Shown: positions 44,895-53,700, numbered from the stretch's first letter. The stretch is DNA of 64,000 nucleotides from Candidatus Poribacteria bacterium (GCA_012270865.1 JAAXHL010000056.1:26292-90291), one strand, 5' to 3'. Program-made: numbers and translations. The notes: a model not told the origin generated them from the sequence alone.

Positions 44895-46256
44895 ATGGAT
44901 ATACCGCAGTTAGCACATCTCTACAGACGGGTGGCGATTCCAGATGCTTTCCTGAACGAAACAGCGGGAAAGGCGTGGGGTGGCGATATCCGCATCGGTG
45001 ATTTGACAGGCGACGGCACTGCCGATCTTCTGGTGTATAAATCAATCGGAGGTATCCACCCGTGCTTCATCGGCGCGTTCACATTAGAAGGTGAACCGCT
45101 CTGGTCCATCGGTGATAAGCACCTCGAAATCAGGGATGCCGATGCCAAGGATACCTACCTGACAACGCTTTCGCCCGACCGTCCCGGTCCCGTCGCTATC
45201 TATGACATTGACGCGGACGGACAGTCGGAGGTCATCTGTTTCTGGATAGATACGGATGTCTCAGCGGCGAGTAAATGGGACCTGTCTGCGATCCGCTTGA
45301 TGATTTTGGACGGTGCGACGGGTGCCATCAAACGGAGTGCCGCGCCAGATGCGTTGCGTCTCTGCGATGCATACGCTGAAGGTGAACAGCACATCCCGAA
45401 CTATGTCCATCAGCGGTTGATGATCGCTAACCTCTCTGGGAACGCACAGCCACAGGATTTCGTCGTCAAGGTCGGTGTGAACGTGTTAGCGTTTAACCAC
45501 GAGTTGGAACTGCTCTGGCAATATACCGATGAATGGTTCCGTTATCCGAAGCATTCCGCGTATATTCCGGCAGTCGGCGATTTTAATGGTGACGGACTTG
45601 ATGAAGTCAACGGCGGTAATTTCGGGCTTGCCGCGGATGGGACAGTACTATGGAATCGCTTCTTCGGCGACAACATGGACTCAGTTTTAGTTTCCGAATG
45701 GAACGGTAATAAACGCGCTATCCTCTCCGGTGGTGGACAGGTGGTTGATGCCGAAGGCACCCCAATTCTTTCGCTCGGTTTTGATGTCGTCCCGCACGGA
45801 CAAGAAATCCGGTGTGGTAAACTACTCTCGGATCCGTCCGAAGATGCCTTGGTTATTCGTTATAACGGACATCACCCGGATCTAATGGTCGTAGACAAAG
45901 ACGGGCAGATCAGAAACCGATTCCGTGCCGATGAGACACCAAACAACACCGGGTTGGAGATTATCCGTTGGCATGGAGCAGAGGCTCCCGAACTGATTTA
46001 TAGTCCTGCTGCGCTTTACGACGGCACCGGGGATAGAGTGGTAACGTTTCCTGAACTTCCGCCGCCAACAGGTGGCAAAATGGGGTGGTATCACTGCTTT
46101 CCTGCGGATGTCTGTGGGGACGCACGCGAGGAAGTTGTGCTCTACGATCCTTATAGCGACGCGGTCTATATTTACACGCCATCGCCTTTTGAACCGGACC
46201 TTTTTGATAAGTATCAGCACACCGAGAGACAGTATAATACACGGTTAATGGATTAA
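44895..46256 (+). CDS. FG-GAP/VCBS-like repeat protein
   Basis: 453 aa. Repeated GDLTGDGTADLLV, DIDADGQSEVI and GDFNGDGLDEV calcium-binding-like loops. Confidence 0.7.
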   Translation: MDIPQLAHLYRRVAIPDAFLNETAGKAWGGDIRIGDLTGDGTADLLVYKSIGGIHPCFIGAFTLEGEPLWSIGDKHLEIRDADAKDTYLTTLSPDRPGPVAIYDIDADGQSEVICFWIDTDVSAASKWDLSAIRLMILDGATGAIKRSAAPDALRLCDAYAEGEQHIPNYVHQRLMIANLSGNAQPQDFVVKVGVNVLAFNHELELLWQYTDEWFRYPKHSAYIPAVGDFNGDGLDEVNGGNFGLAADGTVLWNRFFGDNMDSVLVSEWNGNKRAILSGGGQVVDAEGTPILSLGFDVVPHGQEIRCGKLLSDPSEDALVIRYNGHHPDLMVVDKDGQIRNRFRADETPNNTGLEIIRWHGAEAPELIYSPAALYDGTGDRVVTFPELPPPTGGKMGWYHCFPADVCGDAREEVVLYDPYSDAVYIYTPSPFEPDLFDKYQHTERQYNTRLMD

Positions 46257-46263
46257 AGAAGGG

Positions 46264-46345
46264 GTTATAAGTTATAAGTGGTAGGATAAGTTAAGAGGTT
46301 TAGGGATTCCCAACGCTTCTTTCTTATAACTTATAACTTATAACT
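46264..46345 (+). repeat. GTTATAAG-word imperfect palindrome (family shared with 4603..4679)
   Basis: gttataagttataag...aagttaagaggtttagggattccc...cttataacttataacttataac, directly downstream of the plus-strand gene ending at 46256. Confidence 0.7.
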
Positions 46346-46366
46346 GTTAACTTATAACCATAAAGA

Positions 46367-47632
46367 ATGGAAACCAACGTGGTCAATAAATTTCTGCTTA
46401 TCTCAATTGATTGTTGGCGGTATGATGCGCTCGGTCAGACGAATTCGCTTCTCAATACGCCGAAATTCGATCTACTGACGCAGGATTTTTCGCTCGCTGA
46501 GAAGTTTTTCGTGTCAGCACCCGCGACCCGCCCGTCCCATACCTCCTATTTTACGGGACTCTATCCGTTTGAACACGGGGTCTATGGACAGACCTACCTG
46601 AAAATGTTTGAAGGGATCCCGAACCTGTTCCAGATATTTAGTGATGCCGGGTATCATATCACGGGACGTTCCGAACGTCCGGAGGTGTTCCGTTTCCTCG
46701 ACTTTGAGCCGTTCATTACGTCGATTGATCCGAACGCGAAAGCGCAACACCTCGGTTCGCTTGAGGATCTGATGCAGCACCTGAAGCAGCCTTCGGATGT
46801 ACCGCAGTTCTGTTTCTTGCATTTTTGGTACACACACGGCGGTTACGGTATGAGCGGAATTCCGGGCGCGCCGAGCCTCAAATGGCTCGTTGATAACGGT
46901 CGGACAGATGAGGCGTTGCGTTTCTACTACGCAGCGGCGACGCATATCCTCGAATTTAAACTCGTTGAAATCCTGAAGCAACTCAAACTTCCAGAGTGGG
47001 CAGTTTTCATCTTCGGAGACCACGGTGAGGGTATCTGTGAAGAACTTATCGATCACGGCAGCACACTCAATCAGAACGTATTGCACGTGCCGTTATTGGC
47101 GCGTATCCCGGGTGTGTCAAACCTTGCGTTTCCGAAACCACCAATTTCAGCGATTGATCTGTTCCCGACCATTCTGAACCTCGCAGGCATTGATGTCGAT
47201 TATCACGGATACGGACAGGACCTGCTATCTCCATCAAAGTTTGATGAAAACCGTTTGGTGTTGTCGGAGTTGGATAGTCTCTACGGCATCGGGTTCCTGA
47301 GTAAAAACAATCTGGAGATGCCGCACCATCGCGTGACCTCTCGGACAACGGTCGATAACGAAGAGATTAACAGGTATTCGGAAGGCGTTCGGCTCTGGTC
47401 ATTGACCGACGGTGAACATCTCTATCGTGAAGACGAAGAGACGGGTGAGTTCGTGTATCGGCATGTGCTAAGCGGCGAAGACCTCACCTGCGAGGACCCT
47501 GACCGCTTCCGAGACGCTTACGACGAAATCTTGATGAATTCCAATTACCAACATCTGCAATCGCAGGAATCCACGACTGAAGAGACAAAGATTTTAGAGG
47601 GTAAGTTGCGGAACTTGGGATATATTGAGTGA
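46367..47632 (+). CDS. alkaline-phosphatase-superfamily protein, type I phosphodiesterase/nucleotide pyrophosphatase-like
   Basis: 421 aa. LLISIDCWRYD metal site and APATRPSHTSYFTGLYPFEHGV (Thr-nucleophile NPP-type motif). Confidence 0.75.
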   Translation: METNVVNKFLLISIDCWRYDALGQTNSLLNTPKFDLLTQDFSLAEKFFVSAPATRPSHTSYFTGLYPFEHGVYGQTYLKMFEGIPNLFQIFSDAGYHITGRSERPEVFRFLDFEPFITSIDPNAKAQHLGSLEDLMQHLKQPSDVPQFCFLHFWYTHGGYGMSGIPGAPSLKWLVDNGRTDEALRFYYAAATHILEFKLVEILKQLKLPEWAVFIFGDHGEGICEELIDHGSTLNQNVLHVPLLARIPGVSNLAFPKPPISAIDLFPTILNLAGIDVDYHGYGQDLLSPSKFDENRLVLSELDSLYGIGFLSKNNLEMPHHRVTSRTTVDNEEINRYSEGVRLWSLTDGEHLYREDEETGEFVYRHVLSGEDLTCEDPDRFRDAYDEILMNSNYQHLQSQESTTEETKILEGKLRNLGYIE

Positions 47633-47782
47633 ATTGGCTGTCAGCCATCGGAAACCTTCAGCAATCAGAGGTCAGCGTCTGCATTATAGTAAAGCCCACA
47701 ATTAATTAGACATTCAAAGATTGGCGGGGTTACAAACCCTGAAGAAACACCCCAGCAAAAACCCTGCAATGAAGGAGATTTT

Positions 47783-48604
47783 GTGTTTTCTAAAGTGTCC
47801 GTCTATCTTCGGACTTTACTATTAATGGCTTGCTTCGCCGTTTTTATTTTTGCTGGATGTGCTGCAAAATCGCATCAGGAAGGAACTGTCACCCTCACCG
47901 ATATTGTCAACGATGTTGAAGCACACGGGGTCAATTCAAAATACAAAGGACAGAAGGTTACGATTGCCGCTGCTGGCAGAATTTATCCGAGTGCTGCTGG
48001 AACCCCGCCAAGGTTAGAACTGTTTACGCATCACGAGAGCGTCTATTTTTTTATCACCGACTCCGACGCTAAGTTTGCGAGCAATCACTACTATTCAAGC
48101 TACATGCAGAGTGATCTGGCACACATCCGAGGGCATACGACCTACACCTTCACACTCCTCATCAAAGACATTACCGCAGACACAACCGCACACGGAGATC
48201 GTTTTTTCATTGTTTGGGGGGATGTACCCGAACACACAGCAAAAGCGGATATTGAAGTTATTGACACGACACTCGAACAGATTGTGACGGGTGGTCAGAG
48301 GTATGTCGGGCAAACAGTGCGGCTTCAAGCGACTGTTTCACTCGATAGGCTAAATGCGCTGCTGGGAATTCAAGATGACGTGGACCCGGAATTGGTAAAA
48401 GATTATTCCGGTGCGATGACGCTTGCCACAAACAATCGGAATGTGACATTTTGGATTGTAGATGATGCCGCAGGAGATGGTCTCTTTCCGCCTAATCTTC
48501 AGAAATATAAGAACCATCAGACGTATCCGTTCACACTCTACATTGAAAGAATCGTGAGAGATGCGAGACAGGTCGAGATCACTTCGGGCATTGCCGACGA
48601 TTAA
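47783..48604 (+). CDS. hypothetical lipoprotein with an internal two-fold repeat
   Basis: 273 aa. GTG start 5 nt after AAGGAG. Lipobox FAGC. Halves share the pattern ..L..IV.....Y.GQ.V...A... and TY.FTL.I..I. Confidence 0.65.
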   Translation: MFSKVSVYLRTLLLMACFAVFIFAGCAAKSHQEGTVTLTDIVNDVEAHGVNSKYKGQKVTIAAAGRIYPSAAGTPPRLELFTHHESVYFFITDSDAKFASNHYYSSYMQSDLAHIRGHTTYTFTLLIKDITADTTAHGDRFFIVWGDVPEHTAKADIEVIDTTLEQIVTGGQRYVGQTVRLQATVSLDRLNALLGIQDDVDPELVKDYSGAMTLATNNRNVTFWIVDDAAGDGLFPPNLQKYKNHQTYPFTLYIERIVRDARQVEITSGIADD

Positions 48605-48689
48605 TGCAACGTTTATTAAGAGAAAAAACACTTTCACTGTCAGATTAAAAAAAGAGAACCACCAGTTTGATAACCAGCGGTTCCCTTGC

Positions 48690-48956
48690 TTATCTTCTTC
48701 TCTTGCTTCTTATCAACGACATATATCCGTCATGGTCTCCTATCCAAAACCAGACTAAGCCTTCCTCGCCTTCAAATGCCAAGGTTCGATAATTCTCACT
48801 AACCTTTGCTCTCCACCATTCGCCAACCTTCTCAAGTTCAAGAGAAGGGTGACTTGAATTTTCTTTCAGTAAATTAAATTTCCTGTCTGCAAGCTTTTGA
48901 ATAGCGGGTGGAAGTTTGTGATAACAATCCCAAAACCCAGAGGTGGTCTTATAGAT
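48690..48956 (-). CDS. RelE/ParE-family toxin lacking a canonical start codon (AUC start or pseudogene)
   Basis: Not in the ORF track. An 88-codon frame, IYKTTSGFWDCYHKLPPAIQKLADRKFNLLKENSSHPSLELEKVGEWWRAKVSENYRTLAFEGEEGLVWFWIGDHDGYMSLI..., overlaps the antitoxin stop by 8 nt. GGGAGG lies 7 nt before the ATC. Confidence 0.6.
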   Translation of the reverse strand: MYKTTSGFWDCYHKLPPAIQKLADRKFNLLKENSSHPSLELEKVGEWWRAKVSENYRTLAFEGEEGLVWFWIGDHDGYMSLIRSKRRR

Positions 48957-49254
48957 CGGTTAACCTCCCAGCCTGAATATCTTCAAGTATCTCCTCGCGA
49001 AGGTGGTCAAGTTTCCCAGCTTTTATATCTTCGTCGATTTGCCTATCCCAAGCGTCCGAGCGAGCCTTTAAGACTTTATAAAGATTGTCTTTTAGTGTTG
49101 TTAACAGTGCTTTCTCGGTCGTTCCATGACATTCATCAACCTCTGGAACATCCGGAATCTGTCCACTCCATCCAGTAGACGTTCTTGTCACATAAGCGGT
49201 GTAGGTTTCCTCAAACCGAGGATCCTCTATTTTGACTGATACGATAAGTGTCAT
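48949..49254 (-). CDS. antitoxin (HicB-like N-terminal fold plus C-terminal toxin-binding helix)
   Basis: 101 aa. C-terminal AWDRQIDEDIKAGKLDHLREEILEDIQAGRLTDL resembles antitoxins paired with this RelE/ParE subfamily. Confidence 0.75.
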   Translation of the reverse strand: MTLIVSVKIEDPRFEETYTAYVTRTSTGWSGQIPDVPEVDECHGTTEKALLTTLKDNLYKVLKARSDAWDRQIDEDIKAGKLDHLREEILEDIQAGRLTDL

Positions 49255-49364
49255 ATTGTTATCCTTGTCACGACGTAAAGTTTTTTTTAGGCTGGTTTCT
49301 CGGTTTTACTGTTCAAAACGCTACAGCCCAGCGAAATAGTCCTATCGTCATTGCATTAAATTAT

Positions 49365-49394
49365 AATATACAACAATTTTTACACCAAAGTCAA
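49365..49394 (-). promoter_or_regulatory. sigma70-type promoter of the TA operon
   Basis: On the minus strand: TTGACT, 18 nt, TATATT. Confidence 0.45.
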
Positions 49395-49474
49395 CCTTTT
49401 TGTTTATTTTTTCTACAGAAATCCCGATTAGATATTTCAGAATAGGACAAGGATAGCGAGATGATGTTGCATTA

Positions 49475-49783
49475 CTATTCTCCGAGTTTATTTACAGGAA
49501 AGACACTTTCACTGTCAGGTTTGAATGGGTTGTTGTTCACCAACGGGATGTTCCCTATTTTCTTTTCAACAAGCCTCCAATCGCCTGTTTTCCAGTGTTT
49601 TTCGTAGGCATAGATGACATTGAGACCTTCAAATTCCAGCCAGACATACTTCGCCTGCGGATGAATCTCGTCGTCTATAAGGGCAACTGCGTGTTCGTGG
49701 TTTTCTGACCAGATAAGGCATTGCTGTTTCGGTTCTCGTGCCTCTCCGTGCGGTGGTGTGGATAATAGATCCCGATACTTCAT
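49475..49783 (-). CDS. hypothetical protein
   Basis: 102-aa ORF, 8 nt downstream of the metallophosphoesterase gene on the same strand. No family recognised. Confidence 0.55.
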   Translation of the reverse strand: MKYRDLLSTPPHGEAREPKQQCLIWSENHEHAVALIDDEIHPQAKYVWLEFEGLNVIYAYEKHWKTGDWRLVEKKIGNIPLVNNNPFKPDSESVFPVNKLGE

Positions 49784-49791
49784 TACCTACC

Positions 49792-50277
49792 CTACAGCTC
49801 ATGAATCGTTGCCCCAAGCGTTTCTGTATCCACGACAGCGACCGTTGCCTTCCCTGTCGTCCATCCACCTGTTTCGCCAGGATTAATCAATAGGGATTTT
49901 CCCTTTTGGATGTCTATCTTGTGGGTGTGTCCATAGACGACGATGTCGTAATCGCCGCTTTTGGCAATCGGCATAGCGAGTTCGGGGTAGTGCATCACGG
50001 CGATGTTCCTGTCTCCAAGCGACACACTCGCGAGGTTAGGGTGTACCTCGCCACCGATGGCTTCAAACCGTTTCGCAACGACGATGCGTTCGCCGTCATT
50101 GTTTCCGAATACGCCGACAACGCGGCAGTTCAAGTCTCCTAACGGATCGATAGCAAACGGCGCGATAAAATCGCCAGCATGGACGACGAGATCCACACCG
50201 AGTTCGTTAAAAAGTGCGACAGCGCGCTTGACATTTGGGATGTTGTCGTGGCTGTCAGACATAACACCAAGTTTCAT
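49792..50277 (-). CDS. YfcE/MJ0936-family metallophosphoesterase
   Basis: The ATG at 50277 gives MKLGVMSDSHDN...VVHAGDF...GNNDGE...GHTH. The track ORF's extra 56 aa are a translation of the upstream tandem repeat. Confidence 0.85.
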   Translation of the reverse strand: MKLGVMSDSHDNIPNVKRAVALFNELGVDLVVHAGDFIAPFAIDPLGDLNCRVVGVFGNNDGERIVVAKRFEAIGGEVHPNLASVSLGDRNIAVMHYPELAMPIAKSGDYDIVVYGHTHKIDIQKGKSLLINPGETGGWTTGKATVAVVDTETLGATIHEL

Positions 50278-50281
50278 AATT

Positions 50282-50465
50282 TTAATGTTCCTTGCGGTTA
50301 GACGACGTGGTTTGTGTTTTGACGGTTTCCGCTCAAGACCGTCCTCCACTTCGTTTCGGACTACGGTTTCGTTGTTTTTAATATTCCTTGCGGTTAGACG
50401 ACGTGGTTTGTGTTTTGACGGTTTCCGCTCAAGACCGTCCTCCACTTCGTTTCGGACTACGGTTT
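50282..50465 (-). repeat. start-proximal leader repeat, two tandem 96-bp copies (C1, C2)
   Basis: Near-identical units at 50282-50369 and 50378-50465. The proximal unit ends ...aaccgcaaggaacattaaaatt-ATG. Confidence 0.9.
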
Positions 50466-50479
50466 TGTTACTATTTCAT

Positions 50480-51760
50480 TTAGGCGATTACTGAAACAGG
50501 GAGCCTATGGATAACATTACCAAGATAGCCTTTCGGGTTCCAGGGTTGTGTGAAAGGCTGCGCGGCACCTGTCTCGTCATAAGCACGTGCCCATATTTCA
50601 TAATAGCCCCTGTTTACGAAAGTAAGTTCGGTTTCCCAATGGTACCAAGCATACTTGTTTGACGGTGGCATCAATCGGGTCTCTTGCCACTGAAGACCGA
50701 AATCTGTGGAGACCATAACCTTATCAATCTGGTTTTCACCTGCCCATGCGTGTCCTCGAACCTTTATAGGCGTGCCAGTGCTGGATTCCAGAGACGATTG
50801 CGGCTGGGTAATCAAGGATTTAACCTGCCAAGCGGTCGCGATACGCATATCCTCAACGGGTGGCGTATCTCCGGGTGCTATCGGATAGGCGGGGATGCGA
50901 TAGGAGTAACCACTCATCTTTTCGGAATCGTGAACCTGATCTCTCACCCAAATACGATTAAGCCATTTTTGCATTGAACTGCCGATCCATCCGGGGACAA
51001 GCAATCTTGCAGGGAACCCGTGGGCTGCTGGTAACACCTCGCCGTTCATCTTCAAAGCGATAAGCGTGTGTTCGTCCATCGCTTTTTCAATCGGGATGCC
51101 GCGTGAAAAGGGTTCACTGCCATCATTCGGTAAATCTTCGCCGTAGTTTCCGGTATAGACAGCACTCGGTTTCACACCCGCGGCTTGTAAGACATCGCGC
51201 AAGCGGACACCTGTCCATTCACTACAAGCGACGGCACCACGTTGCCACGGGGTTCCGCTAACCTCCGGTTCAAATAGGCTTCTCCCGTTCCCCGCACATT
51301 CCAATACGACTTCCATAGTGACTTGTGGAAAACGTGCCAAATCGTCCATTGAGAGTGCCAATTCTTTATGGACTTCACCGTCTATGACCAATTTCCAGTC
51401 CCGGAGGTCCCTGTTTATCGCCCGCTCTGGGATGCCGCTGTTATTACGGACAAAGTGCCGTTCTGTGGGAGTAACATCGTCGTTGAGGAGGTGCGGCGCG
51501 AATTCACCGTTAAAGGGGATTTCCGAATGAACGAGCATATCGGACTTCGGGAGTCCCGCTGCCTGTGGGTCTTCCAAAACGATAGGCGTGAGTCCTCTAT
51601 CTAATAAGCCTCGATCAACGGCTTCGCAACCTGCGCCAAACATGCCGAGACTCGCGAGCAGCACCGTTTTGCCTACCTTAGCAAGAAAATCCCGCCTTGT
51701 TGCGTCAGGCACAGTTTCAAATCTATCTATAAAACTGGGGTTGTGCCCTATTTTTTTCAT
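50480..51760 (-). CDS. sulfite-oxidase-family molybdopterin oxidoreductase with Tat signal
   Basis: Twin-arginine TRRDFLAKVG, Moco-Cys motif VLECAGNGR, dimerisation-domain-like C-terminus. The start is either ATG 51760 or GTG 51802. Confidence 0.85.
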   Translation of the reverse strand: MKKIGHNPSFIDRFETVPDATRRDFLAKVGKTVLLASLGMFGAGCEAVDRGLLDRGLTPIVLEDPQAAGLPKSDMLVHSEIPFNGEFAPHLLNDDVTPTERHFVRNNSGIPERAINRDLRDWKLVIDGEVHKELALSMDDLARFPQVTMEVVLECAGNGRSLFEPEVSGTPWQRGAVACSEWTGVRLRDVLQAAGVKPSAVYTGNYGEDLPNDGSEPFSRGIPIEKAMDEHTLIALKMNGEVLPAAHGFPARLLVPGWIGSSMQKWLNRIWVRDQVHDSEKMSGYSYRIPAYPIAPGDTPPVEDMRIATAWQVKSLITQPQSSLESSTGTPIKVRGHAWAGENQIDKVMVSTDFGLQWQETRLMPPSNKYAWYHWETELTFVNRGYYEIWARAYDETGAAQPFTQPWNPKGYLGNVIHRLPVSVIA

Positions 51761-51831
51761 GATTGGGGTTTTATGAAAAAGAGACAGACTTTCCCCTACC
51801 ACAAAAGCAGCGGGATTCCAGCCCGAAGGTA

Positions 51832-51850
51832 GGGGCGAGGTAACCTCGCC
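51832..51850. repeat. REP-like palindrome GGGCGAGGT-A-ACCTCGCCC
   Basis: Perfect 9-bp stem between the Rieske and molybdoenzyme genes. Same family as 24315..24333. Confidence 0.8.
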
Positions 51851-51858
51851 CTCTACAT

Positions 51859-53700
51859 CTAATCATCGTCGCGTTCGCTCAGCAACTCGCCGCGTGCAAG
51901 ACGTTCCGCATTCTCGGTAGACCACAGAATGTTCTTCATCAGTTTCTGTGCCGTGATGTAACGCGTCGCTGCCAATAGATGCATCCGTTGTTCTTCAAAA
52001 TCGTCCGTCAGATCGTAATGTCGGAAGGCGACTTCGAGGACCTGGAACATGTGGAGTTCTGCGTCTTCACGGAGCAGGATATGCGCGAGCATCCGTTTCA
52101 ATGCCTCAACATCATGTCCCTCTTCGAGATACTGGTTCACCAGAATCTCCGCCTCGTAGACTTTTTGGAAGTCGGCGAACTCTTGGATCCGATCCAACAT
52201 TTTGGCAGGAGAGGCGTACGTTTCATCGAGGCGTTGTCCGGGTCTCGGGATACGGGCAGCAGGCATGTTCAACCAGCGTAGATATGCTAAGTAGACGACA
52301 CCGTGGAAAATACCACGTAGCAGGTTCGCACTCGGTGCATACTGGAACGCGCGATACAAGGCATGTGCATAAGAATAGATGTTCGCGACATCGTGCCAGT
52401 CACCTTCGTTTTTCAGATGGAACCGAGCCGTCCGGACCGCGGAAGCATACGTCATCGCACGACAGATGTCGGTCAGCTTGACCCCTTTGCGAATCTGCTT
52501 CTCAACCTCCACAACAGTCGGTTCAAACTCGTCGGCGAGCAGCGTCTGGGCAAACGCAGAAATATCGAGTTCCGCGTCGTTCGCTTGGTTGTCTTCCCAC
52601 ATACTATCAAGTCTCTTAAAGATAGGTTCTAAGACCGGTACAGCGTCAGCCCACCGAGAGGTCTCCTCATGCCGCGTCCTACCGACGAGATCGACAACAA
52701 TGGGACGCAAAATCTCGTGCGAGCCTTCCCAATCGACGTAATCCAACGCCTCGAACATTTTATTCGCAAAATCAAGGGCATGTCCATCGCCGGTAAAGTA
52801 ATAGTCTGTCGCTGCTGTGTATATGAAGTCTGCGAGGACCGATTTATCGTAGTCTCGGTCATTCAACGTTAGCAAAATACGTTCCGCTGCGCCGCCGTGG
52901 CGTTTATCAATAAAATAACGGAACCATCGCATCAGCGTTTCGAGGTTGTGTTCCTCGTTGACTTTCGGGAAGGGTGCGCGATAAGGGCGCGCGCTTCCGC
53001 TTGTTCTACGGCTGATTTGGCTGAGTCCGTGTACGAGAAACAGGTTATGGTCATCTGGATCAACGTCGTCCCATAGGTTCGCCGCGAGCGTGAGGATAGC
53101 GACACCTGACGACCAGCCATCGCTACTTTTATGTGCGCCGTAGTGGAGTCCTTGTTGAATAATCTCCGCAGGTGCAGCACCTGCATCCCGAAGTGCTGTG
53201 ACGGCTTTCGCGATAAAGAAAGTACTGCGATCCTTGAGACCACGCTCAAGTGCACGCTTGCCGTTTGCGATGACACGCTGTTTCGCTGCCTCGCGTTCGC
53301 CTTTCGCTAACCCGACGTACAGGTAACCGTCTTCCCGAGCTTCAACAGGAAACGCCTTCAGGTCATCGCCGGAAGCTAAGAAACATGCCCCCGATTTGAG
53401 GTCAAATTCCCAGTGGTGCCAATGGCATATTAGCACACCGTCGCGGACACTCCCTTTGGACATCGGGTACCCCATGTGCGGGCAACGGTTGTCAACGGCA
53501 TAGAATTGGTCGCCCGTCCTGAAAACAGCGAGATGTGTGCCGTTGACATGGAACGGTTTGCCTTCAAGTTCTTCAAAATCTTCAGCCGGGCAGAGTTGGT
53601 GATAAACAAGTTCGGTTTCTTCTATCGTAGGTAATGGTGGTGCTTCAACGTGGATGGAACCGATACCGGTTTCTTCAAGCGCAGTCGTTGGCGTTTGCAC
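51859..53700 (-). CDS. Rieske [2Fe-2S] domain protein with large uncharacterised helical C-terminal domain
   Basis: 613 aa. CPHMGYP...(x17)...CHWHHWEF Rieske ligands near the N-terminus. Confidence 0.8.
   Translation of the reverse strand: MQTPTTALEETGIGSIHVEAPPLPTIEETELVYHQLCPAEDFEELEGKPFHVNGTHLAVFRTGDQFYAVDNRCPHMGYPMSKGSVRDGVLICHWHHWEFDLKSGACFLASGDDLKAFPVEAREDGYLYVGLAKGEREAAKQRVIANGKRALERGLKDRSTFFIAKAVTALRDAGAAPAEIIQQGLHYGAHKSSDGWSSGVAILTLAANLWDDVDPDDHNLFLVHGLSQISRRTSGSARPYRAPFPKVNEEHNLETLMRWFRYFIDKRHGGAAERILLTLNDRDYDKSVLADFIYTAATDYYFTGDGHALDFANKMFEALDYVDWEGSHEILRPIVVDLVGRTRHEETSRWADAVPVLEPIFKRLDSMWEDNQANDAELDISAFAQTLLADEFEPTVVEVEKQIRKGVKLTDICRAMTYASAVRTARFHLKNEGDWHDVANIYSYAHALYRAFQYAPSANLLRGIFHGVVYLAYLRWLNMPAARIPRPGQRLDETYASPAKMLDRIQEFADFQKVYEAEILVNQYLEEGHDVEALKRMLAHILLREDAELHMFQVLEVAFRHYDLTDDFEEQRMHLLAATRYITAQKLMKNILWSTENAERLARGELLSERDDD

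Noticed and set aside
46514-47086. A 190-aa minus-strand ORF inside the phosphodiesterase-like gene, plus similar antisense ORFs at 16013..16579, 14495..15055, 9589..10116, 56243..56806 and 33867..34349.
   Set aside because: All lie antisense within genes that have clear family motifs, and none has a recognisable motif or SD of its own.
46367-47632. A sulfatase lacking the formylglycine CxPxR motif (possible inactive sulfatase).
   Set aside because: On closer reading, ATRPSHTSYFTGLYPFEHG fits the Thr-nucleophile NPP/phosphodiesterase branch of the alkaline phosphatase superfamily, so no FGly motif is expected.
50278-50445. A repeated EDGLERKPSKHKPRRLTARNIK N-terminal extension of the metallophosphoesterase as a real protein repeat.
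   Set aside because: The extension coincides exactly with the non-coding leader repeat found upstream of unrelated genes. The enzyme family's conserved N-terminus begins at the ATG at 50277.
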